DNA of 64,000 nucleotides from Basidiobolus meristosporus CBS 931.73. Taxonomy: Eukaryota > Fungi > Basidiobolomycota. The notes under the pieces were generated by a model. It saw only the letters and a program-made list of their open reading frames with translations, made no database searches and had not been told where the DNA came from. How positions within the stretch are numbered: the stretch's first letter is position 1; the number at the start of each line of letters is the position of its first letter. The stretch lies in assembly GCA_002104905.1 (NCBI GenBank), contig MCFE01000137.1, forward strand, positions 62,001-126,000, read 5' to 3'. The position numbers and the translations under genes are program-made. Of the stretch, positions 1 to 13,719 are shown piece by piece.

Positions 1-407
1 AACTCCAAACATAGTTGAGTCATAGTTGATGGCAATCTTGATGGCTTCTTTAATGGCCCAAGGACTCTGAGAGCTCACTTCCTTGTGAATTCTTTCTGTC
101 AACTTAAAAATTCATCCCAACTAGAGAGAGTGGAGCATCCAATCATGATGGGTGCCCTGAGCTTGCTGTAGTACTGCTGCAGAGCTGCATCTGCCAAGTA
201 AGAAACTGCATGATGCATCCTTTCACTCCACCAATTCCTTTAGCCTGTTACAAGTCTTGCAGAGGAATTGGGAGTTAAGATAGTATTGTATTCACTAAAA
301 CTTGAACTGATCTTTATTGAGGTTCCAGCAGATCCTTATTTTCATTTTTCCAGATTAATTGCTGACTAATTGTATTTTCTAATATAGGCTGTGGCTGATG
401 ACTCATT

Positions 408-1859
408 AGACTTGTTCCATTGGATAGTGCCAAATGATGCCATAGTGTGCCAGAGAGGCCAAGTGAGCCTCTACCTGGCCACAGAGTGTGAAACATAGCT
501 CTGCATCTTCATGCAAAGCAGCCCCTGTGTTTCACGCATTGTGTTGGAGAAAATCCATTTTTTGACTTTTTTTTTTGGATCAATGTTGTGCAGGATGTGG
601 TAGAGCACAAGCAGATTGAAGATATGCATCTGGTACTCAATAGACTTGTTCCGTTGGATAGTGCCACATTGAGCCATGAGTGCCAAATAGTGCCATAGTG
701 TGCTTGAGAGTCACAGCAGACCTAAACTTGGCCACAGAGTGTGACATATAGTTCTGCATATTCATGCAAAGCAGCCCCTGTGTTTTACCAACCGGGCAGG
801 AGAAAATCAATTTTTTAACCTTTTTTTTGGGATCAAAATTGTGCATGACATAAAAGAGCACAGACAGACTGAAGATATGCATCTGGTACATAATACCCAT
901 GGCACTCTAAGTCTAGCCCCACAGGCTTGTAGCATGTCACAAAAATGCATGGCACTATCTTGGTCCACTGGTACTATCTGGCACTATATTTATATATTAG
1001 CCCTAAAGTAGAACCTATACAAAGCACTTATAGTGCCAGATAGTACCAGTGGACCAAGATAGTGCCATGCATTTTTGTGACATGCTACAAGCCTGTGGGG
1101 CTAGATTTAGAGTGCCATGGGTATTGTGTACCAGATGCATATCTTCAGTCTGTCTGTGCTCTTTTATGTCTTGCACAATTATGATCCCAAAAAAAAGGTT
1201 AAAAAATTGATTTTCTCCAGCACTGTAGGTGAAACACAGGGGCTGCTTTGCATGAATATGAAGAACTATATGCCACACTCTGTGGCCAAGTTTAGGTCTG
1301 CTAAGACTCTCAGGCACACTATGGCACTATTTGGCACTCATGGCTCAATGTGGCACTATCCAACAGAACAAGTCTAATATCCATGGCACTCTGAATCTAG
1401 CTCCTGTAGCTTGTATCATGCCACAAAAATGAATGGCACTATCTTGGTCCACTGGTACTACCTGGCACTATATTTAAATATTAGCCCTAAAGTAAGATCT
1501 ATACAAAGCACCTATAGTGCCAGATAGTACCAGTGGACCAAGATAGTGCCATTCATTTTTGTGACATGATACAAGCTACAGGAGCTAGAATCAGAGTGCC
1601 AAGGGTATTGAGTACCAGATGCATATCTTCAGCTCTCCTGTGCTCTTACACATCCTGAGCTACATTGATCCACAAAAAAAGGTCAAGAAATGGATTTTCT
1701 CCTGCGCAACGGGTGAAACACAGGGGCTGCTTTACATGAAGATGCAGAGCTATGTTTCACACTCTATGGCCAAGTATAGGCTCACTTGACCTCTCTGGCA
1801 CACTATGGCATCATTTGGTACTCATGGCTCAATGTGGCACTATCCAACAGAACAAGTCT
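408..1859. mobile_element. Outer copy of a palindromic (foldback/MITE-like) element, interrupted by a second copy
   Basis: Ends AGACTTGTTC...GAACAAGTCT, flanked by ATT at 405-407 and 1860-1862. Left arm 408-641 + 1379-1472, 40-nt spacer 1473-1512, right arm 1513-1859. The left arm has a 19-bp deletion between GTGCCA-like repeats. Confidence 0.9.
642..1375. mobile_element. Inner 734-bp palindromic element nested in the outer copy
   Basis: Arms 642-988 and 1029-1375 (347 bp each) are reverse complements with ~15 mismatches by eye. Spacer is 989-1028. AAT is duplicated at 639-641 and 1376-1378. Confidence 0.92.
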
Positions 1860-3695
1860 ATTTATTTGTGTCATCATCACCCAATAAGATCCTACTTAAT
1901 ATATCTATTTCTGTCTGATAAGGATCTGCTGATTCATTTGCTGACTAATGCCATTGATTTGATAGATAATACTGATATACTAATAAGCTAGACATATAAC
2001 TAACTGTTTTGACTAAAAGCTGGTCTAACTTAAACATTCAAGCGGTAGATCATAGCAAGCCTTAGAGGCTTCTTTAATTGGCAAGAGCCAGGTATGCTGG
2101 TTCTCATTGATTCCACCATGATTCTAGTTGGTTTTGACATTACAGTGTTACAAGTCTTGGTATAAGACTTGTAGAGGAAGAGGGAGTTTAGCAAGTATTA
2201 TATTCACTAAAACTTGAGCTGGTCTTTATTGAGGTTCCAGCAGCTACTTATATACATTTTGCCAGATCAATTGCTGACTAATTGTATTTCCTAATGTAGG
2301 TTGTGGCTGATGACTTATTTGATTGCATCATCAACACCCATAAGATCCTACCTAATATATCTATTTCATTCTGATAAGGATCTGCTGATTCATTTGCTGA
2401 CTAATGCTACTGATTTGATAGATAATACTGATATACTGATAAGCTAAACATGTAACTAATTGATTTGACTAAAAACTGACCTAACTTAAACGTCCAAGCG
2501 GCAGATCATAACAACAGTTGCGCTGGATAGGCCTCTCCAGGTTCTACTCCATGGTAGTCATTCATTGTTACTGCTAACCTAGGATCTGGAGCAACTGGTG
2601 CTTTGAGCCAGGTTTTGCTGCATGGCATTCTTCCATTTTTGACTTTCCAACATCTTGTAGGAGGCTTCCTCTTCTTCAAAGGGAGGATCTTAGTTAGTGC
2701 TGCAAGCAATGTCACAAGTCCAAATACAGGAGCATTGAAGGAATGTGTAGTTTAGCTAGTGTTTGGCTGAAACTCAAACTGATTTTTAATGAGGATACAG
2801 CAGCTCCATGTTTACACTTTGCCAGATGGAGTGCAGACTAACTGTATGCACTAATTTAGGTTGCAGCTGATGACTCATCTAATTGTATGATCATCACCCA
2901 ATTAGATCATATGTAATATGTCTATTTTTTTCCAATGAGGATCTGCTAGTTCATCTACAAACCAGTACTACTGACTTGATAGAAAATACTGGTGTATGAA
3001 TGGACTTAATATGATGTTTTTTTCTTTCCCAGGCTTACTCTTGTAAAGGCAAATATACTCTTCTGTTTTTGAAACAGATGAACGCGGCTGCATTGTTGTC
3101 AGGTCCCTGCTAGTGGAGCTTTTGGCTACTTTGAATTTGGAAGCTTTAGTACATTGTTATCTAAAAGGATGCTGAATTCATCATATACTTTTGCTGAGAA
3201 GCCAATTAAATTGGGTATTATAGCGCAATATTTCTCTTGACAAGATTGGGGCTTTATTCCTCCTCCCATCAGAGTAAAGACAAAACCCATGTATTCCTAG
3301 CAATGTTTAGCCAGAGGTTATTACACCCAGTAAACTGTTGTAAGAGTCTTGGAGATATTGGAAGTGATTTGGAGAACAAGTAGATTATGTGGTTTTCACT
3401 TAATGATTTATTGAATGTAAAAGTGATATTTATACTTTTACCTGGTCTTGGCATTACAAACACGTAGAATAGGTTAAGGAAGGTCCCAGGAACATGTGTG
3501 CAAAGTTTGGGGCTGTTTGGACAACTTTGAGAATTTTCATGTTCTGGGCACCTGGTATTTTGGTGAAAATATTCTAAGTAAATCCCAACAAGGAACTTGG
3601 TCAGTATTCTCTAGGATTTGAAGGTGATGATCTAAGTGACTAAGTTAGGTGAATATTTAGGTGGAAATACAGATTCTTACAACACTCCCACTCAG

Positions 3696-6600
3696 CTAAA
3701 TGTCCATACTGACTGGTCCTAATTTTGGCCTAAGATATTCAAACTTGTCTCTAGCTAATGGTTTGGTAAATATGTCTGCAATCATTTCATTTGTAGAGCA
3801 GTAAACTAAGCTAACTAAGTTATTCTCTATAGCTTCACGTATGAAATGATGTCTAATATCTATGTGCTTGGTTCTAGCATGAAAAGTTGGATTTCTACCT
3901 AATTGTATACATCCTTGATTATCTTGAAATAAAGTAATAGGCGTTTTTTGACATAGGCCTATATCTGCAAAGTGCTTTCTTAACCACATTGCTTCTTTTG
4001 TAGCTTCACAGGCTGCCATATACTCTGCCTCTGTAGTAGAAAGTGCTACGGTTGGTTGCTTTCTTGAATTCCATGAAATTGCTCCTTTACAGTAAAGAAA
4101 GGTGTATCCTGTGGTGGATCTTCTGTCTTCCAAATTTCGCCCCCAATCAGCATCAGAGTATCCCACAAGATCCTGTTCTGAATCATTATAAGTGTATTTT
4201 AAGCAGATATCAGCAGTTCCTTTTAGGTATCTAAAAATCCGCTTAACTGCTGCAATATGATCAGATCTATAGTTCTGATTATGTTGGCTGACAACTCCCA
4301 CTGAATATGAGATATCTGGACGTGTTCCAAGCATGATATACATCAGACTGCCAACCATAGATTGATAAGGAAAGTCAGGGCTTTCAGATGGCACCAAGCT
4401 CTCTTGATTTGGTTGAGTTTTGACCAAGGTAAGGTTTGTCTCCATTAGGGTAGCAGCCGGTTTACAGACTTCCATTTTGTACTTCTTTAGTATATCTTGA
4501 ATATACTTGGATTGGCTTAGGGTAATAGTCTGGGTACTTCTGTCTATGGAGAACTTAATCCCTAAGTAGTAACTAAGTTCTCCTAGATTGGACATCTTGA
4601 ACTCCTTAGATAGGCTGGATTTAGTCTCTTCCAATGTTTCTAGGTTATTGGTGGCAATAATAAGATCATCCACATATAGAGCTAATAGAACTGGATTTGC
4701 TCTATCTGGCTTATAGTATATACTATAGTCAGCATTACTCCTTTTGAAACTCAAAGATTCCAAATAAGAATCTATCTTGCAATTCCAGGCTCTCGGTGAT
4801 TGTTTGAGACCATATAGTGACTTTTTAAGCTTGCAGACCAAATGGGGGTTATCTTGGTCAACAAACCCATCAGGCTGGTCCATATACACGTCCTTGTCAA
4901 GTTCTCCATTCAAAAATGCAGTTTTTACATCCATTTGATGAATAAAAAACTTATATTTGGCTGCAATAGCCAATATTAATCTGATGGAATTAAACTGGGC
5001 TACCGGTGCAAAGGTCTCAGTATAGTCAAGTCCTTTTGTTTGAGAGTATCCTTTGGCTACAAGTCTTGCTTAGTATCTTTCAATTGTACCATCAGCCTTA
5101 TATTTTGTCTTGAAGACCCATCTGCATCCAATTGATTTTTGGTTGATTGGTAATTTGACCAAGTCCCAAGTTTGATTTTCCATCAGGGCCTGATATTCCT
5201 CAGTCATTGCAGATCTCCAAAACTTCATCTGAGGGCTATTTAGGGCCTCTTTTACAGTCTGGGGTTCAGCAATATGGACTGAATAGGCATAGGCTAAGTT
5301 TATACCCTCATTAATATAGTAATTTGGGCTATTTCTTGTCCAATTTGATCTCCAGGCATTTGATACTGGAATGATCACTTCTGGGATATTCCTGGGCACT
5401 GATTCTGGCTGAACCACGGTTGTAGAGTCCTCTGGAGTGAAAAAATTTTCATTGTTTTGCTCTGATTCAATCCTGACAATTGGTGGACTTAAGATCAAAT
5501 TTTTGTCATCATCTGATGTCATTTTTTGTGAAAATTTTGAATTTTCATCAAACAACACATCCCTTGACTTGATAAGCTTCTTTGCTTTGGTATTGTAGAG
5601 TCTGTATGCCTTACTCTCATTGCAGTAGCCCAAAAAAATGCATTTTACACTTTTTGGCTCAAATTTTGACTGATTTCCGGCCAGTTTTTTGGCATATGCT
5701 GTACACCCAAATATTCTTAGATGTTCTGCACTTGGTCTGTATCCATACCATGCTTCAAATGGAGTAGAATCACAAAGTATTCTGTTATAACTCCTATTTT
5801 TAAGATATACAGCAGTGGCAACTGATTCCGCCCAAAAATCATAGGATAATTTTTGATCATGGATCATAGATCTTGCCATATCAATTATTGTTCTGTTAGC
5901 TCGTTCTGCTACTCCATTTTGCTGTGGGGAGTATGGTACAGTAGTCTCTTGCTTTATCCCATGAATTTTGTACAAGTGGATGAAGAGTTTTGAGGTATAT
6001 TCTCCACCATTGTCAGAGCGTATTTTCTTGATTTTTTCACCAGTTTCTCTCTCCACCATGGCTTTAAACTCCCTGAGCTTAGACAGAGCTTCTTCCTTTC
6101 TCTCCATGAAGTAGACCCATGTATATCTTGTATAATCATCAATAAAAGTGATTAAATACTTCATCCTGCCTAAGGATAAATTTTGCATAGGTCCACACAG
6201 ATCTGAGTGAATTAGATCTAATTTTTTCTTAGTTTTGATTAACCCAGAGCTCTTGAACGGTTGTCTGGCTTGTTTCCCATATATGCAGGCTTCACAGTGC
6301 TCCAAATTAGCTGGGGGATCAATTTTCACTCCAGAAATTAGCTGATCTTTGATCATTTTACGCAAATAATCAAAATTGATGTGTCCAAATCTCCTGTGCC
6401 AAAGCATTGGTGCTTCTTCATTTAAGTTACTTATATTGGCTTCCAGATATGATGGAATATAAGTCAACTTGTATAGATTTTGATCTCTGATGCCCAAAGC
6501 AATATGGGCACCATTTTGATCAGTGATCCTGCATCCAGAATTGTCAAAACTGAAACTGAGTCCTTCTGCTGTGGCCTTGCTTACAGAGAGTAGGTTCTTG

Positions 6601-7667
6601 GCTATTTCTGATACATAGAGTACTTCTTTAAAGGTCAGTGTGTGGCTTCCTTCACTGCTTCTAAGGTTTACTTGGATAGTTCCTTCTCCCACTGCATCAA
6701 GTGTTCTATTGTCACCCATGAAAACCTTCTTAATTGGAATTTCTTGATATTGGGTAAAAAGTTCTTTTTGGTGTGTAAAGTGTTGAGAAGCTCCAGAGTC
6801 AATATACCACGTCTGAGAATCCTTGTTTGTGGTCATATTTAGTGCAGATATGAATAGTCTATCTTCAGTTGTTGCAGCATTTCCATATTCAGGCTTCTTA
6901 TGCTGATAATCTCTCTTTTTGAAACACCGGTCTGATGTGTGTCCTTTCCTTTTGCAGTAGTTGCAAAATAGGTTGCTGTTGCCTTTGTAGGGTCTTGGGT
7001 ACCTCCTTTGTTGGTTATCATTGCTTATTAAAGCATTTTCTTCTTCCTTCTTATTTGCGCTTGATTTTCTTAATTCTTCATCCAGGAGCCTTCCATATAC
7101 GTAATTTAAGGTCAAATCTTCAGTTCTGGAGTCTAGGGCTGATACAAGGCCCTGAAGCTTGTCTGTCAGGCTATTCAGGATGGTAACTATCACATCCTCA
7201 TCAGTAGTTGGTACACCCGCAGATTCCATCTCATCTACCAGCAGGGTAATTATGTTAATTAGATTTTTCATTTCTTCTCCAGGCAGCATCTTTGTAGTAA
7301 AGAATTTTTGTCTCAGATACATTTTCTTGGCAGCTGAACATGACTGGTAGGTGTCTTCTAATGCCTTCCAGGCATTCTTTGTTGTTTTTGCTCTTGAGCA
7401 TTGAATTAGCTATTTGTCCTTGACATTAAGGCAAATGCAGTTAAAGGCACTTTGTTCTTTCTTCTGGTACTTTAAGGCTTCCTCTCCCATGTTTTTAGGA
7501 GGGCATTCTTCTCCCATGACAATATCCCAAAGGCCTCTTTCTTGTAGCAGCATCTTCATCTTCACCTTCCACACTTGGTAGTTAGATCCATCCAACTTTT
7601 CAGCAGAGGGAAAAATTCCAGTAATAGCAGTAGTAGACATTGCAGCAAGTGACAGCTTGGGGCTCAT
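3696..7667 (-). pseudogene. Copia gag-pol polyprotein with two premature stops
   Basis: Gag (KLDGSNYQVWK; CX2CX4HX4C knuckle), protease WYIDSGAS, integrase HSDLCGP/SDNGGEY/QNGVAER, RT HQMDVKTAFLNG/LYVDDL, RNase H YSDADW. Stops at 7410-7412 (TTG>TAG) and 5070-5072 (AAA>TAA) relative to sister copies. Confidence 0.93.
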
Positions 7668-7671
7668 AACC
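7660..7671 (-). other. Primer-binding site GGTTATGAGCCC (tRNAiMet anticodon arm, Ty5/copia-type)
   Basis: Directly follows the 5' LTR and is the exact complement of GGGCUCAUAACC in fungal initiator tRNA. Similar sequences occur at 33927, 34952, 39789-39800, ~9602-9613 and ~10112-10123. Confidence 0.85.
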
Positions 7672-9130
7672 TGTTGTAAGAGTCTTGGAGATATTGGAAG
7701 TGATTTGGAGAACAAGTAGATTATGTGGTTTTCACTTAATGATTTATTGAATGTAAAAGTGGTATTTATACTTTTACCTGGTCTTGGCATTACAAACACG
7801 TAGAATAGGTTGAGGAAGGTCCCAAGAGCATGTGTGCAAAGTTTGGGGCTGTTTGGACAACTTTGAGAATTTTCATGTTCTGGGTACCTGGTATTTTGGT
7901 GAAAATATTCTAAGTAAATCCCAACAAGGAATTTGGTCAGTATTCTCTAGGATTTGAAGGTGATGATCTAAGTGACTAAGTTGGGTGAATATTTAGGTGG
8001 AAATACGAATTTTTACAACATAAACACCCCACACATATAATACCAGAGAGTTTCCTACAGAGCAACTGTGTGGGGAGATAGGAAGATAAGGCAGGTTCCT
8101 GGTACTACCATATCTCAATTGCATCAATAGTATTTCCTTCAAGTCTGTTATGGATGAGATGGGCCAACATATGGAGGATGGCCAGGAAGAGTTGGAAAAT
8201 ACTCAGGACAGATATGCCCATAAAGACACCTGTGCTTTTGGCCTTAAGATCCTAAGCAGCCTCCATGCATGTGTACTCAGTCTAGAGCTGCAAGGTTGGG
8301 CTGGACACAACACAAACTAATTTCTACTAGGACCACTCTACCATAGTATGCTGGCTTTCTCCTGGCCACAAGCCAATTTCTACACCATTAAATATGAAGT
8401 TCACACAAATAAGACCAAGAGTGCACTCATAAGGTGGACCAATATCCAGCAGGGAAAAGGAGGACATTGGATAAATACCAAGAGGTTCTTTGAAAATATT
8501 CAGGTGATATTCATGGCAAAAGTAGTGGCAGCCAAGTGTATGCTAGCAAGATATATATGTTACCAGCAGCACAAGGTATATGGCAACTTTGCAAGCATCA
8601 CACCAAAAAGCTATAGAGCTGAGGTGATAGAAGAGAGTCAATTGCCACAAGTCTGCATGTAAGCAGTAAGCAGGAGGACATAGTTTCTTTTAATTCAAGC
8701 TATTTTGCTGTTGCAAACTATAAGTGGAATATCCATGATGGTAGTAGGTAGGCAAATAAAAAGGGGTGATTCTATAGTAGGATATACAAATGGCACAAAG
8801 AGAGGCAGAAAAAGGAAATACATTCTGGTAAATTAGTATGGTAGCATTATACACCACTAGCTATAGGCTATTGTACAGCCATTACAATACTGGCAAAGAT
8901 TTGCAAAGAGGCCATCAGAACACAGTCAGGCTTTTGCTATATAAGGCAATTGGATGTATTGGCTGGTTAGGTCTGCCCAAATATATGTAGACCATAATAA
9001 GACCACCAAAATACCTAGCAATTCATGTCAAAAGTCTATTCCAATACTGCAAAATGTTTGGCTTTATTTGGAGGCAGAACCAGCAAAATACTATCACAAC
9101 CCTGCTATTAGATTGTATAGGGGTCAAAAA

Positions 9131-10536
9131 TGTTGTAAGAGTATTGGAGATATTGTAAGTGATTAGGAGGACAAGTAGACTATGTGATTTTCACTCAATG
9201 ATTTATTGAATGTAAAAGTAGTATTTATACTTTAACATGGTCTTGGCATAGCAAGCACATAGAGTAGGTTAAGGAAGGTCCCAAGAGGGTGTATGCAAAG
9301 TTTGGGGCTGTTTGGACAACTTTGAGAATTTTCATGTTCTGGGTACCTGGTATTTTGGTGAAAATATTCTAAGTAAATCCCGACATGGAATTTGGTCAGT
9401 ATTCTCTAGGATTTGAGGGTTATGATCTAAGTGACTAAGTTAGGTGAATATTTAGGTGGAATTACAAGTTTTTAGAACACTTTCTGGTAGCAACATCTTC
9501 ATCATTACCTTCCACACTTAATAGTTGGATTCATCCAACTTTTCAGCAGAGGGAAAACTCCAGTAATAGCAGTAGTAGATATTTCAGAGAGTGACAGCTT
9601 GGGGATCATAACCTGTTGTAAGAGTCTTGGAGATATTGCAAGTGATTGGGAGGACAAGTAGACTATGTGATTTTCACTTAATGATTTATTGAATGTAAAA
9701 GTAGTATTTATACTTTTGCATGATCTGGGCATAGCAAACATGTAGAATAGGTTAACAAAGATCTCAAGAACATGTGTGCAAGATTTGGGGCTGTTTGGAC
9801 AGCTTTGAGAATTTTCATGTTCTGAGTAAATATTCGAAGTAAATCCCAACAAGGAATTTGGTCAGTATTCTCTGGAATTTGAAGGTAATGATTAAAGTGA
9901 CTAAGTTAGGTGAACATTTAGGTGGAATTACAAATTTTTACAACATTTAGGAGGGAATTCATGCCCCATACCAAGATCCCAAAGGCCTCTTTCTAGTAGC
10001 AGCAACTTGATCTTCACCTTCCACACTTAATAGTTAGATCCATCCCACTTATCAGCAGAGGGAAAAGTTCCACTAATAGCAGTGGAAGACATTGCAGAGT
10101 GTGACAGCTTGAGGCTCATAGTCTGTTGTAAGAGTCTTGGAGATATTGAAGGTGATTGGGAGGACAAGTAGATCATGTGGCTTACACTTGTTGATTAATT
10201 CAATGTAAAGTAGTACTTATACTTCTACACAATCTTTGCATTATAAAAATGTAGAACTTATATATTGAATGTAAAAGTGGTATTGATACTTCTACAAGGT
10301 CTTGGCATTATAAGCACATAAATTATGATTAGGAAGGCTCCAAGAACATGTGTGCAAAGTTTGGGGCTGTTTGTACAACATATCAAATTTTCATGTACAG
10401 GGTACCTAAAGTTTTTGTGAAAATATTCCAAGTAAATTCAACAAGGTATTAGGTCAGTATTCTTTAAGACTAATAGGTAATGATATAAGTGACCAAGCTA
10501 GTTGAATATTTAGGTGGAATTGACAATTTTACAACA
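9131..10536 (-). mobile_element. Head-to-tail array LTR-PBS-gag'-LTR-PBS-gag'-LTR
   Basis: LTRs at 9131-9479, 9614-9945 (internal deletion) and 10124-10536 (~65-bp internal duplication), separated by gag 5' fragments 9480-9613 and 9946-10123. No PPT and no flanking TSD seen. Confidence 0.88.
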
Positions 10537-10613
10537 CATTTTAGCAGGTGCTAGGGCTTCTTTACCAACTGATTTGGCTTAATCATCAAAGGTCAGGGGA
10601 GTCATGTGATCAT

Positions 10614-10667
10614 GACACACTATGGTACTCTTTGGCACTATATAGCTCAATTCAACAGAACAAGTCA
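10614..10667. repeat. Remnant end of the palindromic element
   Basis: ACACACTATGGTACTCTTTGGCACTA...CAACAGAACAAGTCA resembles the element terminus GCACACTATGGCACTATTTGGCACTC...CAACAGAACAAGTCT. Confidence 0.55.
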
Positions 10668-12079
10668 AGGGTATTATAGGAGCACTAGTGCTTGAGTTCA
10701 TAATGCCCCTACTTATGCTTGATGATGTGAATGTTGGTTGCAGAGTAGAGCCTAGGTCTATAGAGCTAGCTAACAAAATAGGTAAGCAGTGGGTGTTGGA
10801 GAAGTAACATCCATTCAGAAATTACTAACCCAATGTATAAGTTTCAAAAAGGAGCCATGCCTTCAGTGATGAGTAGATTTCCATCAAATAGCAATATTTG
10901 AGAGTATATTGCATGTTATGGTGCATTTGGGCAACACTCGCAAGATCAAGCAGTAATTTAGGTGCCCTATACTAGTAATTATTCCCTTTCAAGTTGGCAT
11001 CTATGCTATCAATCTTTGCAAATGGCTCATGGTAACTAAATGGAAGACCAGTGACCTGGAGGTGGTGAGAACAATTTTCATGGCAAATATGCACTATTAT
11101 TTGCATATGTAGGAGCTGCAGAGAATGGTGAGCTTTGTTCGATAAATGAAGTGCCTGCGATCCATTGTTCAACTTCAAAAGGGATATGAACTATCACGCC
11201 GCAAACCTTGACAATGGCATTGCTCCGGCGAGATATTATGCGCATGCCAATGGAGGTATCATGATCCGGCGTACAATGGGTTGCCAGTACAGGAAGTTGA
11301 AATTACACCATGCCTCCCCAAATTCGGAGTATCCGCCATGCAACAAACTCTATCTATCAATGCTTAGTGACGAGACACTGGCGCGAGTAGGATGTCGCAC
11401 TAATTGAGTTGTTACCAGCCTTATCTTGACCATTACCTAGCTTACTCTGGCATATTAGACTCCAGAACGTGGGCCTGTTCGTGGCGACGCATCAAGACAT
11501 TTCCTGTCACCGCTGCCGCGTGAAATCGCCTCCCGCAATCAGTGTCCCTGGACATATGCGTAACAAACACCCGGGTAGCTCGAGTCGTTACGCTAGTAAC
11601 CATCAGCCCTGCGTTGTTTCGGAATCGATTAGTCAAATGCTGTGACCTCAACTGAGCGAATGCGTGTCTCAAGTGAAATCGCCCACTTCGATCCCTTATC
11701 AACGACTCAGATGCAAGCTAGATGACTCCTTGAGTCAAGTATCTCCAGATTCAACTCAACCTCATGGGCATGGTCATCATTTGGTCGTTATTACCACTTG
11801 CATCAACCAGTTACCAATAAAAGCAACTCGCTTGATCACACTTCCATCCGTAAGCTCCTTGCCCAATAGAACCGTACGATAATGTACGTGATCTTTTTTT
11901 TATGAAACTTATTTCTTATTTCGTAAAGATTAGGAAAAATTCTGGATTAGCGACCTGTCATTTATGTGTTTAATACAGTGATTCTTTTCTAGGAGCTAAC
12001 CCATTTTATAGGAAGAATACCACTTTCCAAGCAACTCAAGTCTACCTTTCACCACAGTAGTCCCCATCAACAAGCTCCA

Positions 12080-13719
<1,640 letters not shown>

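Larger units (their letters stand above)
246..2995. repeat. Degenerate ~450-460 bp tandem repeat (about 3 copies) hosting the palindromic element
   Basis: Blocks such as TGTTACAAGTCTTG...CTTTATTGAGGTTCCAGCAG...GCTGATGACT...GGATCTGCT recur at ~246-407+1863-2056, ~2146-2512 and partially ~2770-2995. Confidence 0.8.
3336..8020 (-). mobile_element. Near-intact Ty1/copia LTR retrotransposon (4685 bp)
   Basis: 349-bp LTRs at 3336-3684 and 7672-8020 (TGTTGTAA...TTACAACA, 10 differences, all transitions). TSD TAAAC at 3331-3335 and 8021-8025. PBS 7660-7671, PPT ~3685-3694. Domain order is gag-PR-IN-RT-RH. Confidence 0.97.

Noticed and set aside
408-1859. CRISPR-like or RNA-gene interpretation of the repeats
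   Set aside because: Eukaryotic context, no regular repeat-spacer periodicity, no cas genes, and no tRNA or rRNA signature seen anywhere in the window.
471-1991. Near-identical 60-100 aa ORFs on both strands (MGI.YQMHIFSLSVLF...PKKKVKK)
   Set aside because: They mirror each other only because the DNA is a palindrome. The Lys run comes from a poly-A tract and there are no recognisable domain motifs.
7672-7799. LTR-encoded open frame (MFVMPRPGKS...) in frame with gag
   Set aside because: Its ATG lies upstream of the TATAAATA-like box in the LTR, so it is probably outside the transcript. It recurs only because the LTR recurs.
8025-9130. Possible LINE reverse-transcriptase remnant (YTPLAIG...ILAKI...QSGF)
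   Set aside because: The resemblance is a few scattered residues with many stops and no YADD-like motif. It is CpG-free decayed sequence of unknown origin.
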